From: Mobula hypostoma
Taxonomy: Eukaryota
NCBI RefSeq assembly: GCF_963921235.1
Contig: NC_086097.1
Coordinates: 42,472,001 to 42,536,000 of the forward strand
Direction: 5' to 3'
Length of the DNA stretch: 64,000 nucleotides
Program-made: the position numbers and the translations under genes
The notes under the pieces: model-generated
What the model saw: only the letters and a program-made list of their open reading frames with translations
The model's database searches: none
What the model was told of the DNA's origin: nothing
Part shown: piece after piece, positions 49,790 to 62,343 of the stretch
How positions within the stretch are numbered: position 1 is the first letter of the stretch
Layout of the letters: each line of letters begins with the position of its first letter

Positions 49790-51512
49790 GAAATCATGTC
49801 TCGCAAGTCTGTCAGAGTTTTTTGAAGAGATAACCAACAGGACTGAGGAGGGCAGCATGATGGATGTTGCCTACATGGATTCTAGCAAGGATTTTGACTA
49901 GGTACCACATGGAAGGATTGATTGCATGGGATTCAGGGAAAGCTAAGTGGTTACACAAATGGCTTTGTGGGAAGCAAAAGATTATAGCGGAAGGCTGTTT
50001 TTCAGGCTGGAGACCTATGACTAGGGATGAATGCTGGGCATATTGTTGTTTGTCATCTATATTAATTATACGGATAAGAATTTACTAAACATGGTTAGGA
50101 GGTGTGCAGATGACACTAAAATGAATGGTGTTGCAGATAGTGAAGAAAGCTATCAAAATTTAACAAAGAAATCTTGATCGACTGGAAATGGCAGGTGGCA
50201 TTGATTCCAGGTAAGTATGTTCAGGAGCATTTTGGGAAGTCAAACCAGGATATTATTTTCACAGCGGGTTGTGCTGTAAAACAGAGGGACCCTAGTTCCC
50301 TGAAAGTGGTGTCACAGGTTGACAGGATGGTGAAGGCTGCATATGGGCATGTTGGCCCTCATCACTCAGAGCATGGAGTATAGGAACTGGGACATTATGC
50401 TGCAGTTGTATAAGATGTTGGTGAAGCTGCATCCAGAGTTTTGTCTATTGTTTTTCCATACAGAAACATAGAAACATAGAAAATAGGTGCAGGAGTAGGC
50501 CATTCGGCCCTTCGAGCCTGCACCGCCATTCAGTATGATCATGGCTGATCATCCAACTCAGAACCCTGTATCAGCCTTCCCTCCATACCCGCTGATCCCT
50601 TTAGCCACAAGGGCCATATCTAACTCCCTCTTAAATATAGCCAATGAACTGGCCTCAACTGTTTCCTGTGGCAGAGAATTCCACAGATTCACCACTCTCT
50701 GTGTGAAGAATTTTTTCCTAATCTTGGTCCTAAAAGGTTTCCCCTTTATCCTCAAACTGTGACCCCTCGTTCTGGACTTCCCCCAACATCGGGAACAATC
50801 TTCCTGCATCTAGCCTGTCCAATCCCTTTATGATTTTATATGTTTCAATCAGATCCCCCCCTCAATCTTCTAAATTCCAACAAGTATGAGCCTAGTTCAT
50901 CCAGTCTTTCATCATATAAAAGTCCTGCCATCCCAGGAATCAATCTGGTGAACCTTCTTTGTACTCCCTCTATGGCAAGGATGTCTTTCCTCAGATTAGG
51001 GGACCAAAACTGCACACAATATCCAGGTGTGGTCTCACCAAGGCCTTTGGTTTTAGGAAATTAAGCTGAAAAGGATATTTATGAGAATATTGACAAGACT
51101 CGAGGGCCTGAGCTGTAGGTAGTGGTTCGGTAGGATAAAACTTTATTCCTTGGAACATAGGAGACTGAGACATGACCTTATAGAGATGTATAAAATGATG
51201 TGGCTGAATGCACACACAGTCTTTCTCTTGAGGGAAAGGAAATTACCTTGACGGCGTAGGTCTAAGATGAGAGAGGAAATATTTAAGAGGGACAACTTCT
51301 TTATGCATAGAGTTTTTGTGAATATGGAACAAGCTGCCAGAGGAAGTGGTTGAGACAGGTAGAATAATAATGTTTTAAAGACATTTGTACACACTTTGAG
51401 GGACATGGGTCAAACGCAGACAAATGGAACTAGCTTAGATTGGCCCCTTTGTCAGCATGTACAAGTTGGGCTGAGGGGCCGGTCTGCTGGCTGTATTGCT
51501 CTATGACTCTAT
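49790..51512 (+). mobile_element. Old CR1 RT/3' end, with younger minus-strand CR1 3' fragment nested at 50460-51047
   Basis: Degenerate RT motifs; nested copy has a (catagaaa)n tail and FFTQRVVNLWNSLP. Confidence 0.82.
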
Positions 51513-51849
51513 AACTGCAATCCAATCAATGCCATTCCTGGTGATCCTGTGGACTGACTCTCTCTATCACATTCACTCATTATTTTTGAGGTTCAAAATC
51601 ACAAAACTCCAGATGCTGGAAATTAAATAAAAACAGTCAATTCTGGCAGCATCTGTGGTGAAAGAAGCAGAGTCAAGCTGAAGATCAGAACTTGTCGGGC
51701 AGACTCTATCCCTCTTGTTCATTAACTTTCCTTACCGATGACATCCACTGTAACAAATGCAATGGTGTCATCCACTCCTCGTTTGCCTGTGTCATGTGTA
51801 AAAAAAAAGTTGCCTTCTATGGGAGCACATTCCTCCCAAGAGACAGAAA

Positions 51850-52260
51850 GTATCACGTTACAAATAAGTTGATCATCTCCCTTTTACCCTTTCCAGGTTT
51901 CAAATTCATATGGCAGCATGGGGAAAATTAATATTCTAATTGTTCTCACATTTGTCATCTTAGTAAATCTTGGTCTTCATTACCTTGATTGAGTCTGCCA
52001 TGGCTATTCTTCCAAGCAATATTCTTCCAATTTTCTGGTACCTTCTTCAAATTCTTTCCATTCTGTTCCCCGAAAATGAGCTTTACCATTTTCTCCACTC
52101 AGCAAGGTCTATGTTAAATTATTTTACCATTCTGGAGCACAGTTTTTGTTCATTAATTGATCAGTATTCCCACAATTTAACTTTCAGGGTTTTCATAGAC
52201 CCTCTTCACTTTCATCTCTGCAACTCCCGGATTATCAGTCTTGTCACCATCCATTTGGAC
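51850..52260 (-). mobile_element. Ancient RTE/BovB-like RT C-terminal fragment
   Basis: Manual translation: MKVKR...ES*IVG, ILLGRIAM, TNVRTIRILIFPMLPYEFETW resembles BovB TKVRLVKAMVFPVVMYGCESW. Confidence 0.45.
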
Positions 52261-53489
52261 TGTTGCCTCCGTCTATTCCAGTGCAACCATTCCCAAGATG
52301 TATGATCCATGCAGGTTCTACAGGTACGACAGTAACAAACATGCCTCACTCCTTTCCGTTTTCACACATTCTGTCCTCATTGTAGTCTTTGATTGGTGCT
52401 GAGACTCTTTGGAAACCAATTTGGATAAAGATTTGTTATGGCCCCTGTGCATTGACAATCTCCCACTATGGATTAAATCAGCAATGTAGAAAAAGACATT
52501 AATACACCATATATTAATAAAATAATACCCAACATGGAATGTTGAAATTAACTAGTCAGTTTTCCTCAAAGAACCGCCTTAGGGAAATGTTTCAGATCCA
52601 TGACTGTGCTTTTAAGTGCACATTTTTACAATTGGTCCTTCCTATACCACATCAAACTACGACAAGAAAGAAAAGACTATAACTGATAGCCTCAAGTCCA
52701 AGTCTAAGAACATCACTGATGATTCTTGTTGTTAAAGCAGCAGGCCATCCCAATGGGTCTATTATTCAATAATTCCAGAAATACCAAATTTCTATATTGT
52801 AAGTCTGTCTTTCATCCATCCATTATATTTGTGTTTCAATGCTGCCTTCACACAATTATATAACTAAAATGTGAAAAAATACAAAACTACAGAATTCATG
52901 AGAATATGTCTTGCCTTTTAACTGATCATTTTTTTTCCAAGCTTTGAGAGAAGTAAAACCTGTACAATGTGCTCAAAGTCATCTTGTTACACCAGTTCAA
53001 TTCAGAGACAAGGTATTCAGGCATTCTGATGCATTCTTGATCTCAGTTCATTTTTTTTTATCCTTGCCATCTGTAGTCTCTGTGGGTTTCTTTAAAGATG
53101 CTCCAAAAGAAAGGAAATCAGATCAAGCTGAAGCTAGAACACAGCATCCTTTATTGAAGCAGCAAATCAGCTGAAGCCCAGTATCTGGGTGAAACAATAT
53201 ATTTCACCTACTTAACTCTACGCACAAGAACACTACTGTGCTTTCTTTTTAAAAGGAAACAAACTCAGACGATCAACTTAGTTAATTACATGCATGAAAC
53301 TATACTATATGTATTAAATTCAATCTATTATAAACTCACTCAATCTTCCTGCCTGCTAATTGGTTTAAAAAAAAGTTAACAGATGAAGAACACAGAATGA
53401 GGCATAAATACAGTATATTCGGTCCCAAAACTCCCAAGACCCATTTTGTCAGTGATTAATGAAATTAACTCGTTGATCAGCTTGCTGAA

Positions 53490-53797
53490 CACAGAGCTGT
53501 GCTCCCTACTAAAAGACTAGGATACTGCCTTCATGCCTGAAGACAGAATAGCTCTCAGAGCAGCCAGGAAAAAACTCGTCTGAGGCGTAAAGTGGGCAAA
53601 GATGGCATAAGTACAAAAAAGTTTGGAACACCTGTCTGATAATGATCCCCAGCATATGTGACTAGCCATCAAGGACATTATTGACTGTACAAGAATAAGC
53701 AGCATCACCTGTTCCAGTGACACCTCTCTCCTTGACTCACTAAACAACTTTTAAGCGCACTGCAAGGCACGCAACACAATGCCAGCTATGAAAGCCG
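53490..53797 (+). mobile_element. Rex1/Babar internal fragment
   Basis: DTAF...ALRAARK...NDPQHM*LAIKDI...DTSLLDSLNNF. Confidence 0.7.
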
Positions 53798-53812
53798 GTG
53801 ACGGACATTCAC

Positions 53813-54562
53813 TGTCTTTTGACCAGATGCCCTCTTCTTTGTTCTTTTTTCCAAAGCTCAGCTTTCTAAACCCCACGGTTACACTTCTAAAGATCAAAAT
53901 GTTGTTTTTAAAATAAGTTAAACTTCCAACCAATAGGCTTTGTTAAGCTTCTTGTTGTAAACAGGAGCCACAGTCTTCAGCTCTTAATGTAAACGTCAAG
54001 CAGTAATTAATTTAAAGTTACAAACAGTTTTGCAAAGAAGCACTGTCTATAACACAGAATTCTGACCCCACAGCACCCGTACTTACTGCTCAAGAGGTGC
54101 AGTGCAAGACGATATTTTTTTTTATTTGGTTTGTTTCAAACCAGACAACACTGGCTAAGTTGTTTAGTTAAAGAAACAACCAGATTGATATTATCAAATA
54201 GCAGATGTGTTAATAGTTGGCTGATTTGTGTACTCATTAATTGACTCAGCTTCACAGCATTAATTATGGGTACCTGAGATCTCTGTCTCCAGAAGCTCCT
54301 AGACCGTTTGCGTTCAAAGGTATCTGAAAAAAATCACACGCATGTGAAGTCACCCAAGTGGCAAAGAAACAATACAGTATAAATGTAGAGAGCAGTTCAA
54401 TCATTTTAGGAATGGTAAAGAACATCAAGAAACATGACAGACACATGGAGGTAAATTAGAATTTAAATACCAAGTTTTCCGATGGATATTTATACCTTTG
54501 TTTTGGACCTTTAACTTCGGAAAGCAGCTGTTTGTTATAACAATATCTCTACAAGGGTTGAT
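53813..54562 (-). other. Three candidate short exons (54562-54496, 54323-54274, 53886-53813) of an unidentified gene or pseudogene
   Basis: AG acceptors (tttttttcag, gatctttag) and donors AAG|gtataa, CAG|gtaccc in non-repeat DNA; product not recognised. Confidence 0.35.
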
Positions 54563-54821
54563 CTATTGAGTGCTCAAAAGCACGAGGAATTGAAATTTGC
54601 TTTGAGCAGTATTACCCAATGTTTTTATGTGCTCGACTCTAAAGTCTGGTAGCCTGAGGTCCTGGTTGTGGATTGGCTCTACTTGGATTCTTTGGTGCCA
54701 TAGAGCAGTGAGTATGCTGCTTGCATATGGATGTTATATCTTTGACTATGCCGGTGAGCACAAAAAACTTCTTGCCAGGTTTTTCATTTGATTAATACCC
54801 AGGTGGCCATGGTGGAGTTAT

Positions 54822-55588
54822 TCAATTGTTTAATGGTTCCATTTAATATCAGAGAATGTATATAGTATACAACCTGAAATTCTTACTGTGCACAGACATC
54901 CATGAAAGAGAAGAAAACCCCCAAAGAATGAGTGACAGGAAAACATTAGCCCCTCAAAGCCTCATGCAGCAGCAAAGCATCAACCCTCCCCCCCCCACAT
55001 CTGCTTCAGAAAAAGCATCAGCACCCCCACCACCTGGCATGCAAGCAATAGTAAAGCCCCCCCGCCAAACAAACAGGATCCAGAGTCCATCAAAAACCAC
55101 TGTTCATCCCAACAGTTCGACATTCTACAAGCTCTTTCTCTCACTAATGAGGGAGAGAGAGGTATCGCTCCTGCCACAGCGAGAGAGAGAGAGAGACCAA
55201 CCAGCAGGCACATTGTTTCAATGTCACAGTCTGCAGCATGGCTTATTTCAACAGCAGCGTATATTGATGTCTCGACGTTCCGATCTCTCGCGCCGCTTCA
55301 GTCAGCAATACCGGCGAGGAATCGGGTCGTCCACAGAGCTGTGGGGCAGCAACCCGAAGGCACGCATCTTCCAGGCCACTCCTGGAGATATCAAAAACGC
55401 TAGGCTATTCGGCAGGCTCCAAGAGCAGGAACACACCGCCATGAAGGATGCAGTTTATGTGCATTTGTAGATCACGGACTCCAACAGGACCCCAGCCTAC
55501 TTGAAAAGGAAAGAAGAGACTTTAGAGAGAAGAATTTAAACTGTTTCACAGATGAACTGGAAGAAGTCACCCTCTGGTGGCATCTTTA
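54822..55588 (-). mobile_element. Non-autonomous Rex-tailed element
   Basis: Rex-like 3' end similar to that of 48315-48966; 5' AAGATGCC at 55586-55579. Confidence 0.6.
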
Positions 55589-55599
55589 GCTTCTCCTAG

Positions 55600-57545
55600 T
55601 GTTTCAGTATTTTTGGTTGAAGTTTTCATGGAATCACCATTCTGTCTCCAAACATTAGGCAGAAGTTCACAACTGAGAGTGATGTATTTCATCTGTAGAA
55701 GGTTATGACATCTTCCTCATCTTTGTCTGGCCATCCATGAATGAGGTATCCAGAGATATGCCGAAGAAGAGGATCTGCAGCTGATCCTGCCCTGATTTTG
55801 ATGACCATGACCGGAATATCTTCAGCATTCAATACAACCTGGTGGACTTCACAATCAACTGAAAAGGCAGCCATGTCTGCATCTTTGTTTTCAGTAATCC
55901 GCTGATTCATAAGTCTGGAGAAGGCATCTGCCTGACCGAGTCTGATGTATACTTGATTTCAAAATTGTAGGCTAATATCATCATTGCCCACTTTGTAGAC
56001 GGTTAGCTGTATATACCAGGATGTCTTTCTTAGACCCGAAGATAGACGACAGTGATTTGTGATCAGTATGGAGAGTGAAGCATAGGGCAAAAAGCATCTT
56101 GTGGAATTTCTTCACTGCAAAGATGATTCCCAAGGCTTCTTTCTCGATTTGTCCATAGATCCTTTCTGCTGCTGTCAATGATATGGCTGCATGCATGACA
56201 GCTTTTTCAGAACCATCAAGGAAGAAATGGGACATGACAGCACCCAGTCTGTAGTTGAACGCACCTGTGACAACAATGATTGGCAACTCTGAGTTGAAAT
56301 GCATTAAGAGAAGGTCAAATGACAGCATATTCTTCACCTGATCAAAAACCACTTTATACTTTATTGTCGCCAAACAATTGATACTAGAACATACAATCAT
56401 CTCAGTGATATTTGATTTTGCGCTTCCGGCTCCCTGGATTACAAATCGATAGTAAATATTAAAAATTTAAATTATAAATCATAATTTATTGTTTGAACCA
56501 TTTTCACATGACACCACTGTCAAGCAGGGCATTGAGTGGTTCCCTCAGGTAGTGCATTACTGGGAGGAATGCTGAATAATGACTGATCATGCACAAAAAT
56601 GAGGTGCTGACATTAGAAGGTGGAGGCATCCTAACATGGCAGTGACTTTTGCATCACACCCTGGTACTCCAGCTGCAGTGCTGTCGACAAAAAAGCCTTG
56701 CAGAGGGTGGTTAGGGGAGCAGAGAAGGTTATTGGGGTCTGCCTACCTTCTGTCCAAGACCTCTTTCAGAGTCGATGCCTCCAGAAGACACAGTACATCA
56801 TTAAAGACCCCTCACACCCTCTCCATGAACTGTTTGTTCTTCTGCCAACAGGCAAACGTTACAGGAGCATCAAAACTAAAACCACAAGGCTACTAAACAG
56901 CTTCCTCCCACAGGCAGTCAGACTGCTAAATAGCTGCTCTACCTGACTCTGCTTTGGACACTTTTAACTTGCACTGGACACTTATAACTTGATTTTAACT
57001 GACATGTGGCTGTTGTGTTTTACCATTTATTGTTATGTTTATTATTTAGTGTTGCGTTTGTTATGATTGCACTGCTCCTGAGAAACGCTGTCTCATTCTG
57101 CCCTGCAGAGCTGATGCACGGTTAGAATGACAATAAAGTTTTTTGAATCTTGAATCTTGAATAATTTTGGGATCTGGGCGACAACCATGTTCAACTATAA
57201 TGAATCCAGGAACTTGAGTGAAGACAGCAGGAGGCTGCATTTTTCTGTCCAAAGTCTTGTAGCTCTGTCTGATCCTTCCCATCACAATGATGTCATTGAG
57301 GGAAGTCAGCACGGTGTCCATTAGCTGTTGGAAATTTGAAGGAACCACCCTTATCCAGAAAGACAGATGGAGGAACCCTTCATGCGTTGTAGTCATGAGA
57401 AGCTCCTGTGAATTTTCCACCACTTCTACCTGGAGGTAGGCTTCAGCCAAGTCCAATTTTGCAAAGTAGTGACTACTGTTCAATTTTCCAAAGAGGTCTG
57501 TTGATACTGGTAATGGGTACTGGTGGATCTCCAGAGCTGCACTGA
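55600..57545 (-). mobile_element. Gypsy pol remnant (RT, RNase H) with nested Rex insertions
   Basis: FAKLDLAEAYLQV; LGAVMSH...YGQIEKEALGIIFAVKKFH...TDHKSL. Confidence 0.9.
56635..57160 (+). mobile_element. Rex1/Babar 3' end with (TTGAATC)n tail
   Basis: LQRVVRGAEKVIG...DPSHPLHELFVLLPTGKRYRS...NSFLPQAVRLLN. Confidence 0.92.
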
Positions 57546-58336
57546 GACGTTACGTTGGCCAAACTGGGAGAAACTATACAAAAGGATCCATGAGCATCAA
57601 CTGGTTGTTAAGCAGTTTGACCAACTCTCCCTGGTCTCTACTCATGAAGATCAAGGGGGGGGCACAAATTCAACTGGCATCAGTGAACGTCACGGCGCAA
57701 GCATGCAAGGGAGTTCCTAGAAACATGGTTTCCACAACAATTCTATAAACAGACATGTAGACTCCAATCCCATTAATAAGCCAACGCGGGCAAAATTCCA
57801 GATAACGCACAGAGTTTGCCAGTGACAAGGCCCCTTCCCTACATCACAACTGAGTTTCTGTAATAACAACCAATCAACTTACAGATAGCTGTATAAAATT
57901 CTAGCATCTGAAGGACACACCACGTGAACAGCACACTGATAATGTCTGCTCTTCTGGTTCAATAGTTCCATTTATTATCTGAGAAATGTATGCAATATAC
58001 ATCCTGCAATGCTTGTTCTTCGCAGACATCATTGACAAAACATTTGCAAATGGATCACCAAGATCGGAGAACAACTCAACCCAACTGTCAACCACCCAAG
58101 CAACACATTTTCTGAGTTATTTCCACCTATAGTGGTAATTGGCAAATTGCAGCAGGTCCACGTCCTTGCTTAGGCGGGACATGATTCTGGTCATGACCAA
58201 CCTCTCAAAGCATTTCATCACAGTAGATTTGAGTGCAACTGGGCGATAGTCATTGAGGCAGCTCACCCTGCTATCCAAAAAATCTCATTATTTTGGCTCT
58301 CTTTTTGACCTACATATTGAATTTATATATTAAATA

Positions 58337-58699
58337 TGTTGTGGCGAGCATTTGGTCCATAATGACAGACGAGGAAGCTGGTTGAACTCAACAACCGTTT
58401 TATTGTGATAAACACAAAACAGACCGGGCACCATGACCCAGAGGGTGAACCCAACCAGTCTCACACCAGACGGGGGAGTTGACCATCACACACCCCGGTT
58501 ACAGTCAGTGTGACCCACAAATACACAAGTGAATAACTGTGTAACCCAAGCTAAAATGTAACAATAAATGAAATGGAACTTCCCACCATAATCCCACAAA
58601 AGCATTTTAACACAAGAACAATAAACAGTGCTGGTCATTAGAAATGCAGGAGCGGGCTGTCGGCCATGCCACCCCATCTACCCCAGGAACATCACAACA
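58337..58699 (-). mobile_element. 363-bp solo LTR
   Basis: 7-bp terminal inverted repeats tgttgtg/cacaaca; flanks aata/tata; strand tentative. Confidence 0.7.
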
Positions 58700-58728
58700 T
58701 ATATAAAAAAAAGTTTACAAACCCCTTC

Positions 58729-58825
58729 CTGAAGAAGGGACTCAGCCCAAAACGTCGACTGTTTATCCCTTTCCACAGATGCTACCTGGCCTGCTGAGGT
58801 CCTCCAGAGTTTTGTGTATGTTGCT
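58729..58825 (+). mobile_element. Penelope-derived fragment with mutated minimal hammerhead
   Basis: CTGAAGA-AGGG-actca-GCCC-AAAA-CGTC-GACTG (G12 replaced by A), followed by the arm seen at 32876-32921. Confidence 0.7.
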
Positions 58826-58849
58826 TTATATTATATTGTAACTTATAGT

Positions 58850-59357
58850 GTTGGTTGTCAGTCATTTCCGACGATGACGTAACCTTGCGGGAGGAGTTTT
58901 ATAGAGAAAATACCTTTGCCCTGGGGCATTTCCACTCACTCAGCATCAAAAATCTTGATCCAATGGTACAAAAAATCGTCACGATTGGAGACCTCCTCGA
59001 CTGCTGTGGAGAGCCATGACACTTTCTGTGCCTTGCAACGCCTTTCGCTCTCCAACGCTCTTCTTGGCTGTTGGATCTTGTAGTTGATCTCATCCACCCA
59101 GTTCACCGGAACTGGCTTCTCATGCTGGGGAGGCATATCCCTATCTCACCGGGGTTGGAGGTTCCCGGCTACCCTGTCCTGGTTTAGCCCGCCTGTCAAA
59201 GCGATGTACCAGGGTGTGGCCACTGTCACATGCAAACAGTTACTTGGAGCCACAGGTGAGAGCTGGGTGGAAGGTGGGTGGACATTCTGCCCCTGGGTGG
59301 AGCACGACAAGCCCACTACCAGAGGTTCTACCCCTCTCTGGACGGCCCATACACCCC
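58850..59357 (-). mobile_element. ORF-less bipartite RTE-derived element (RTE 5' UTR joined to RTE 3' end)
   Basis: 58952-59017 resembles RTE 5' UTR 15707-15772; 58850-58880 resembles RTE 3' end 12073-12106; sits in a Rex tail; no clean TSD. Confidence 0.75.
59172..59357 (-). ncRNA. Predicted HDV-like self-cleaving ribozyme with extra hairpin in L3
   Basis: P1 GGGGUGU/ACACCCU (G-U at +1), P2 CCUG/CAGG, P3 GGC/GCC, L3 UCCAAG, P1.1 CC/GG, P4 UCGCUU/AGGCGG, J4/2 GCUAA, all in HDV order; assigned by eye. Confidence 0.72.
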
Positions 59358-60469
59358 AACAGTATATGGTATATTTTATGTATTCCACTGTACTGCTGCC
59401 TCAAAATGAAAATTTTTACAACATATGTCAGTGACAATAAACCTAATTCCGATTCTGACTTTGAAATACATCAATGTACAAATGATGGTATCAACCTGTG
59501 CCAGGCTGTCTTACAATCATTTTGAGAGAAAGAAGACAGCTGCCCAAGAATTGCAGGGTTTTACAAGCCGAGGAGCAGATAGCAATGAGCTGTGAGTTGA
59601 TTGGTTTGTGCAGCCACGGAAGCTGAGAAGTTGGTTCCTGTTTCTCTGGATCGTAAGACAGGCTGATGCTATCACACATGAGACGAGAATACTGACCACT
59701 AGACATAGCTCAAGGAAACAGACTGATTTTAAGAAAGCCAGTACATTACTCCATCAGAGTGCATCAAACTTAGCTCCTTCAAAAGCTAAATGTACATCAA
59801 CTTTAAGGTAGATTTTGAATGTTGAATAATATATCCTGACTTCTCACCAAGTTGGCTTCAGGAGGCAATCTTTCTCCAACCTCGTAAGCTGCCTTTAGAT
59901 TAAGGGAAACAATACTTTGGCACTGCACTGCCATCTTGTGAAGCTCCAGAAAGTTAAGCTATTTCAAGTCAAACATGCTGATACTGCAGCTTTATAAAGT
60001 CATCTTTTTCTCTTCGAATACTCTATTTCACTGCTCCTTCAACATGGCTTAATACCTTAAGTACAGGTACACATGACGAACATACAGCAGAGGCAATGCA
60101 GGTAATTGATAGATCTATTAAATGCCCTGAACTGAATTCCATATGAAAGCCTAGGCAGTTCAATACTTAACATTATTAAGGGAGCATCTCACATCCAGTA
60201 AGTAGGATTTGTCACTGAAACCAAAAACACAATCATTCAACTCCCTTTACACTCTACACTCTCACAGAACTGTCTACATGACTAAGAGCTGCTGTGGTAC
60301 ACAATTTGAGCTTCTATGTAAGGGTGTTTTGAACAGGATCTGCCTCCATTTTGTTAACATTGCACAATTGTTAGAGCAATTTAATGGACAAGTTTTGATG
60401 AAGAAAGCACAAACAAAATCAGTTTTATGTCACACAACTGGAACAGCGCAAGTATCTGGCCTGAATACA

Positions 60470-60762
60470 TTAAAGATTAAAGTCTGTCACGAGCCTTGTT
60501 CCCATCGGGCCGGTGCTTATGCCAGTTTCCGTGGTGTGAAGCAACTGGGAGTACGAGACTCCCCCCCCCCCCGGATAGGACACCAGTCTATCACGAGGTT
60601 AACCCATAGCATTTTTGCCAGTACCCATTCTCTGCTGGGTAGACTGGAGCATTGTGTGGTTAAGTGCCTTGCTCAAGGACACACACACTGCCTCGGCCAA
60701 AGCTCGAACTCACGACCTTCTGATCGCTAGTCCAACGCCCTAAACACTTGGCCATGCACCAC
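60470..60762 (-). mobile_element. tRNA-derived SINE: family-A head with a different body and tail
   Basis: Minus strand tggccaagtg...gtgagttcgagc...gtgtccttgagcaaggcacttaa, then a 3' half unrelated to the 38294/45612 copies. Confidence 0.85.
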
Positions 60763-61575
60763 GCTCACTAAAATTCATACCCTTTCACAACTATAATCTG
60801 TTGACAGTTTCTGCCCCACCCTCCCATGGCAATCAATCTGCTCTCTGTTCCTAGCCTATGCAATCTGTGACTTCAGCAAATGAACAATCAAAAGTAACTT
60901 CACTTTTTAATTCTATCTCTTTCAACATCCCGGAATTGGTTGTCGGTGATTGCACCAACCTTGTGTTCTTCCCTCAGTTCAAGATCTTCTGTTCATTAAT
61001 CTTGACACATTTGATGGTAAAACTGGAACCTAGAATAAATCCAAGCCATGATAACTCTGCAGGAATTTTGGGCAGTTAGTTAAACCACACTTCCTGGTTT
61101 AAATAGCTTTTATAAAGATCATATTTCCTAGAAATTTGGCCGTGCTCATAATGCCCACTAAATAATCATTTCTTTGCTTGGCGATGCCCATTTTAAACAT
61201 GAAAGTATCACAAACCTTGGCTGTGCTAAATTCCAAGGATCTATGGCCAATGCACTCACTGCAGAAGAAGAACATGGTGATTTTGGTACTGGAGCTGGAA
61301 GGATTCGTTGGGGTTGGACAGCAGAGAGTCAGAAACCTGATGAAGGATGAGGAGGATGAGTAGAATTTGAAGATCGGAGCTGGAGAGTTGTTAAGAATTG
61401 ATGGAAGTGGAAAAAGAGCAACAAAATGCGGGTACATTTTAGTAACAAAAAATCAGCAGCCTTGCCAAATCAAGTTCCCAGGCCTTTGAAAGTATGATAT
61501 TTCAGGAGTTATCAATGACTGTCTCATTTCAGAACAATGTTACCTGATTTCTTTGGTAGCAAAAAGCACAAAAAA

Positions 61576-61655
61576 CAGGGATTCCCAACTTCTTGTATGG
61601 CATGAACTCCTACCATTAACCGAGGGGTCCGTGGAACTCAGGTTGGGAACCCATG
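61576..61655. mobile_element. 80-bp hAT-type MITE
   Basis: TIRs cagggattcccaac / gttgggaacccatg; imperfect flank duplication cacaaaaa/cactaaaa. Confidence 0.6.
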
Positions 61656-61984
61656 CACTAAAATCGCAGTGATGACACAAGAAAGATGTGCCACAAGCAC
61701 TTTTTTATTTATTTATTCTGGATCTGGAGTTGCTAGGAAGACCAGCATTTACTGCCTGTCCTTGAGAAGCTGGTGGTGAGCCACCTTCTGCTGTGCTCTA
61801 ATGAACATATTCCCAAAGCATTACTGTTGTTTTGAGAGTTCATTAACTTTGGCTCAGTTACATTAAAAATAACTATGATATAATTCCAAGTCTAGAAGGC
61901 ATGGCACTTGGAGGGGAAACTGCAGATGATTGTGATTCTATCAGATTAATGCTTTTGTCTTTGGTGGTGGAGGTTATGTGTTTC

Positions 61985-62034
61985 GGAGGACTGATTGGAG
62001 GACTGATTGGAGGACTGATTGGAGGACTGATTGG
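61985..62034. repeat. Perfect 12-bp tandem repeat (ggaggactgatt) x4
   Basis: Direct reading of the sequence. Confidence 0.95.
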
Positions 62035-62189
62035 GAATTCAAGGAAAACTACAGTGCACTTTGCTGGTGCTTTGTTTTTAGCGTGTCGCACTAGTCAGTC
62101 AGCCATTCTTTGTCTGGCATGTGGTGTCAGGATTGGTCTCCTTTCAGATTAACCGGGTCACGATATGAACGTTCCTGACCCAACCCTTT

Positions 62190-62343
62190 TTTTTTTATGA
62201 GGCTGAGTGGCTAGCTCGACGCTCAACCCGGCACGGATGGAAAGCGTTTTCGTGGGCGGGGGGGGGGGTGGCCTGACTTGGATTCGAACTCAGGAGCCTT
62301 CGCTCTGGAGTCCGGTGCTGATGCCATTGCGCCACCAGCCAGC
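62190..62343 (-). mobile_element. tRNA-derived SINE (family B), A-rich end
   Basis: Minus strand tggcgcaatgg (A box), gagttcgaatcc (B box). Confidence 0.82.

Noticed and set aside
54856..55470. 204-aa ORF
   Set aside because: Antisense to a non-autonomous repeat; low complexity with no recognisable domain.
58838..59372. TSD around the RTE-derived element (aacttatagt vs aacagtatatggt)
   Set aside because: Too divergent to call.
43799..61379. Selenoprotein or readthrough interpretation of in-frame TGA codons in candidate exons and the RTE ORF
   Set aside because: TAA/TAG stops also occur, no SECIS was identified, and CGA/TGG to TGA decay is the simpler explanation.
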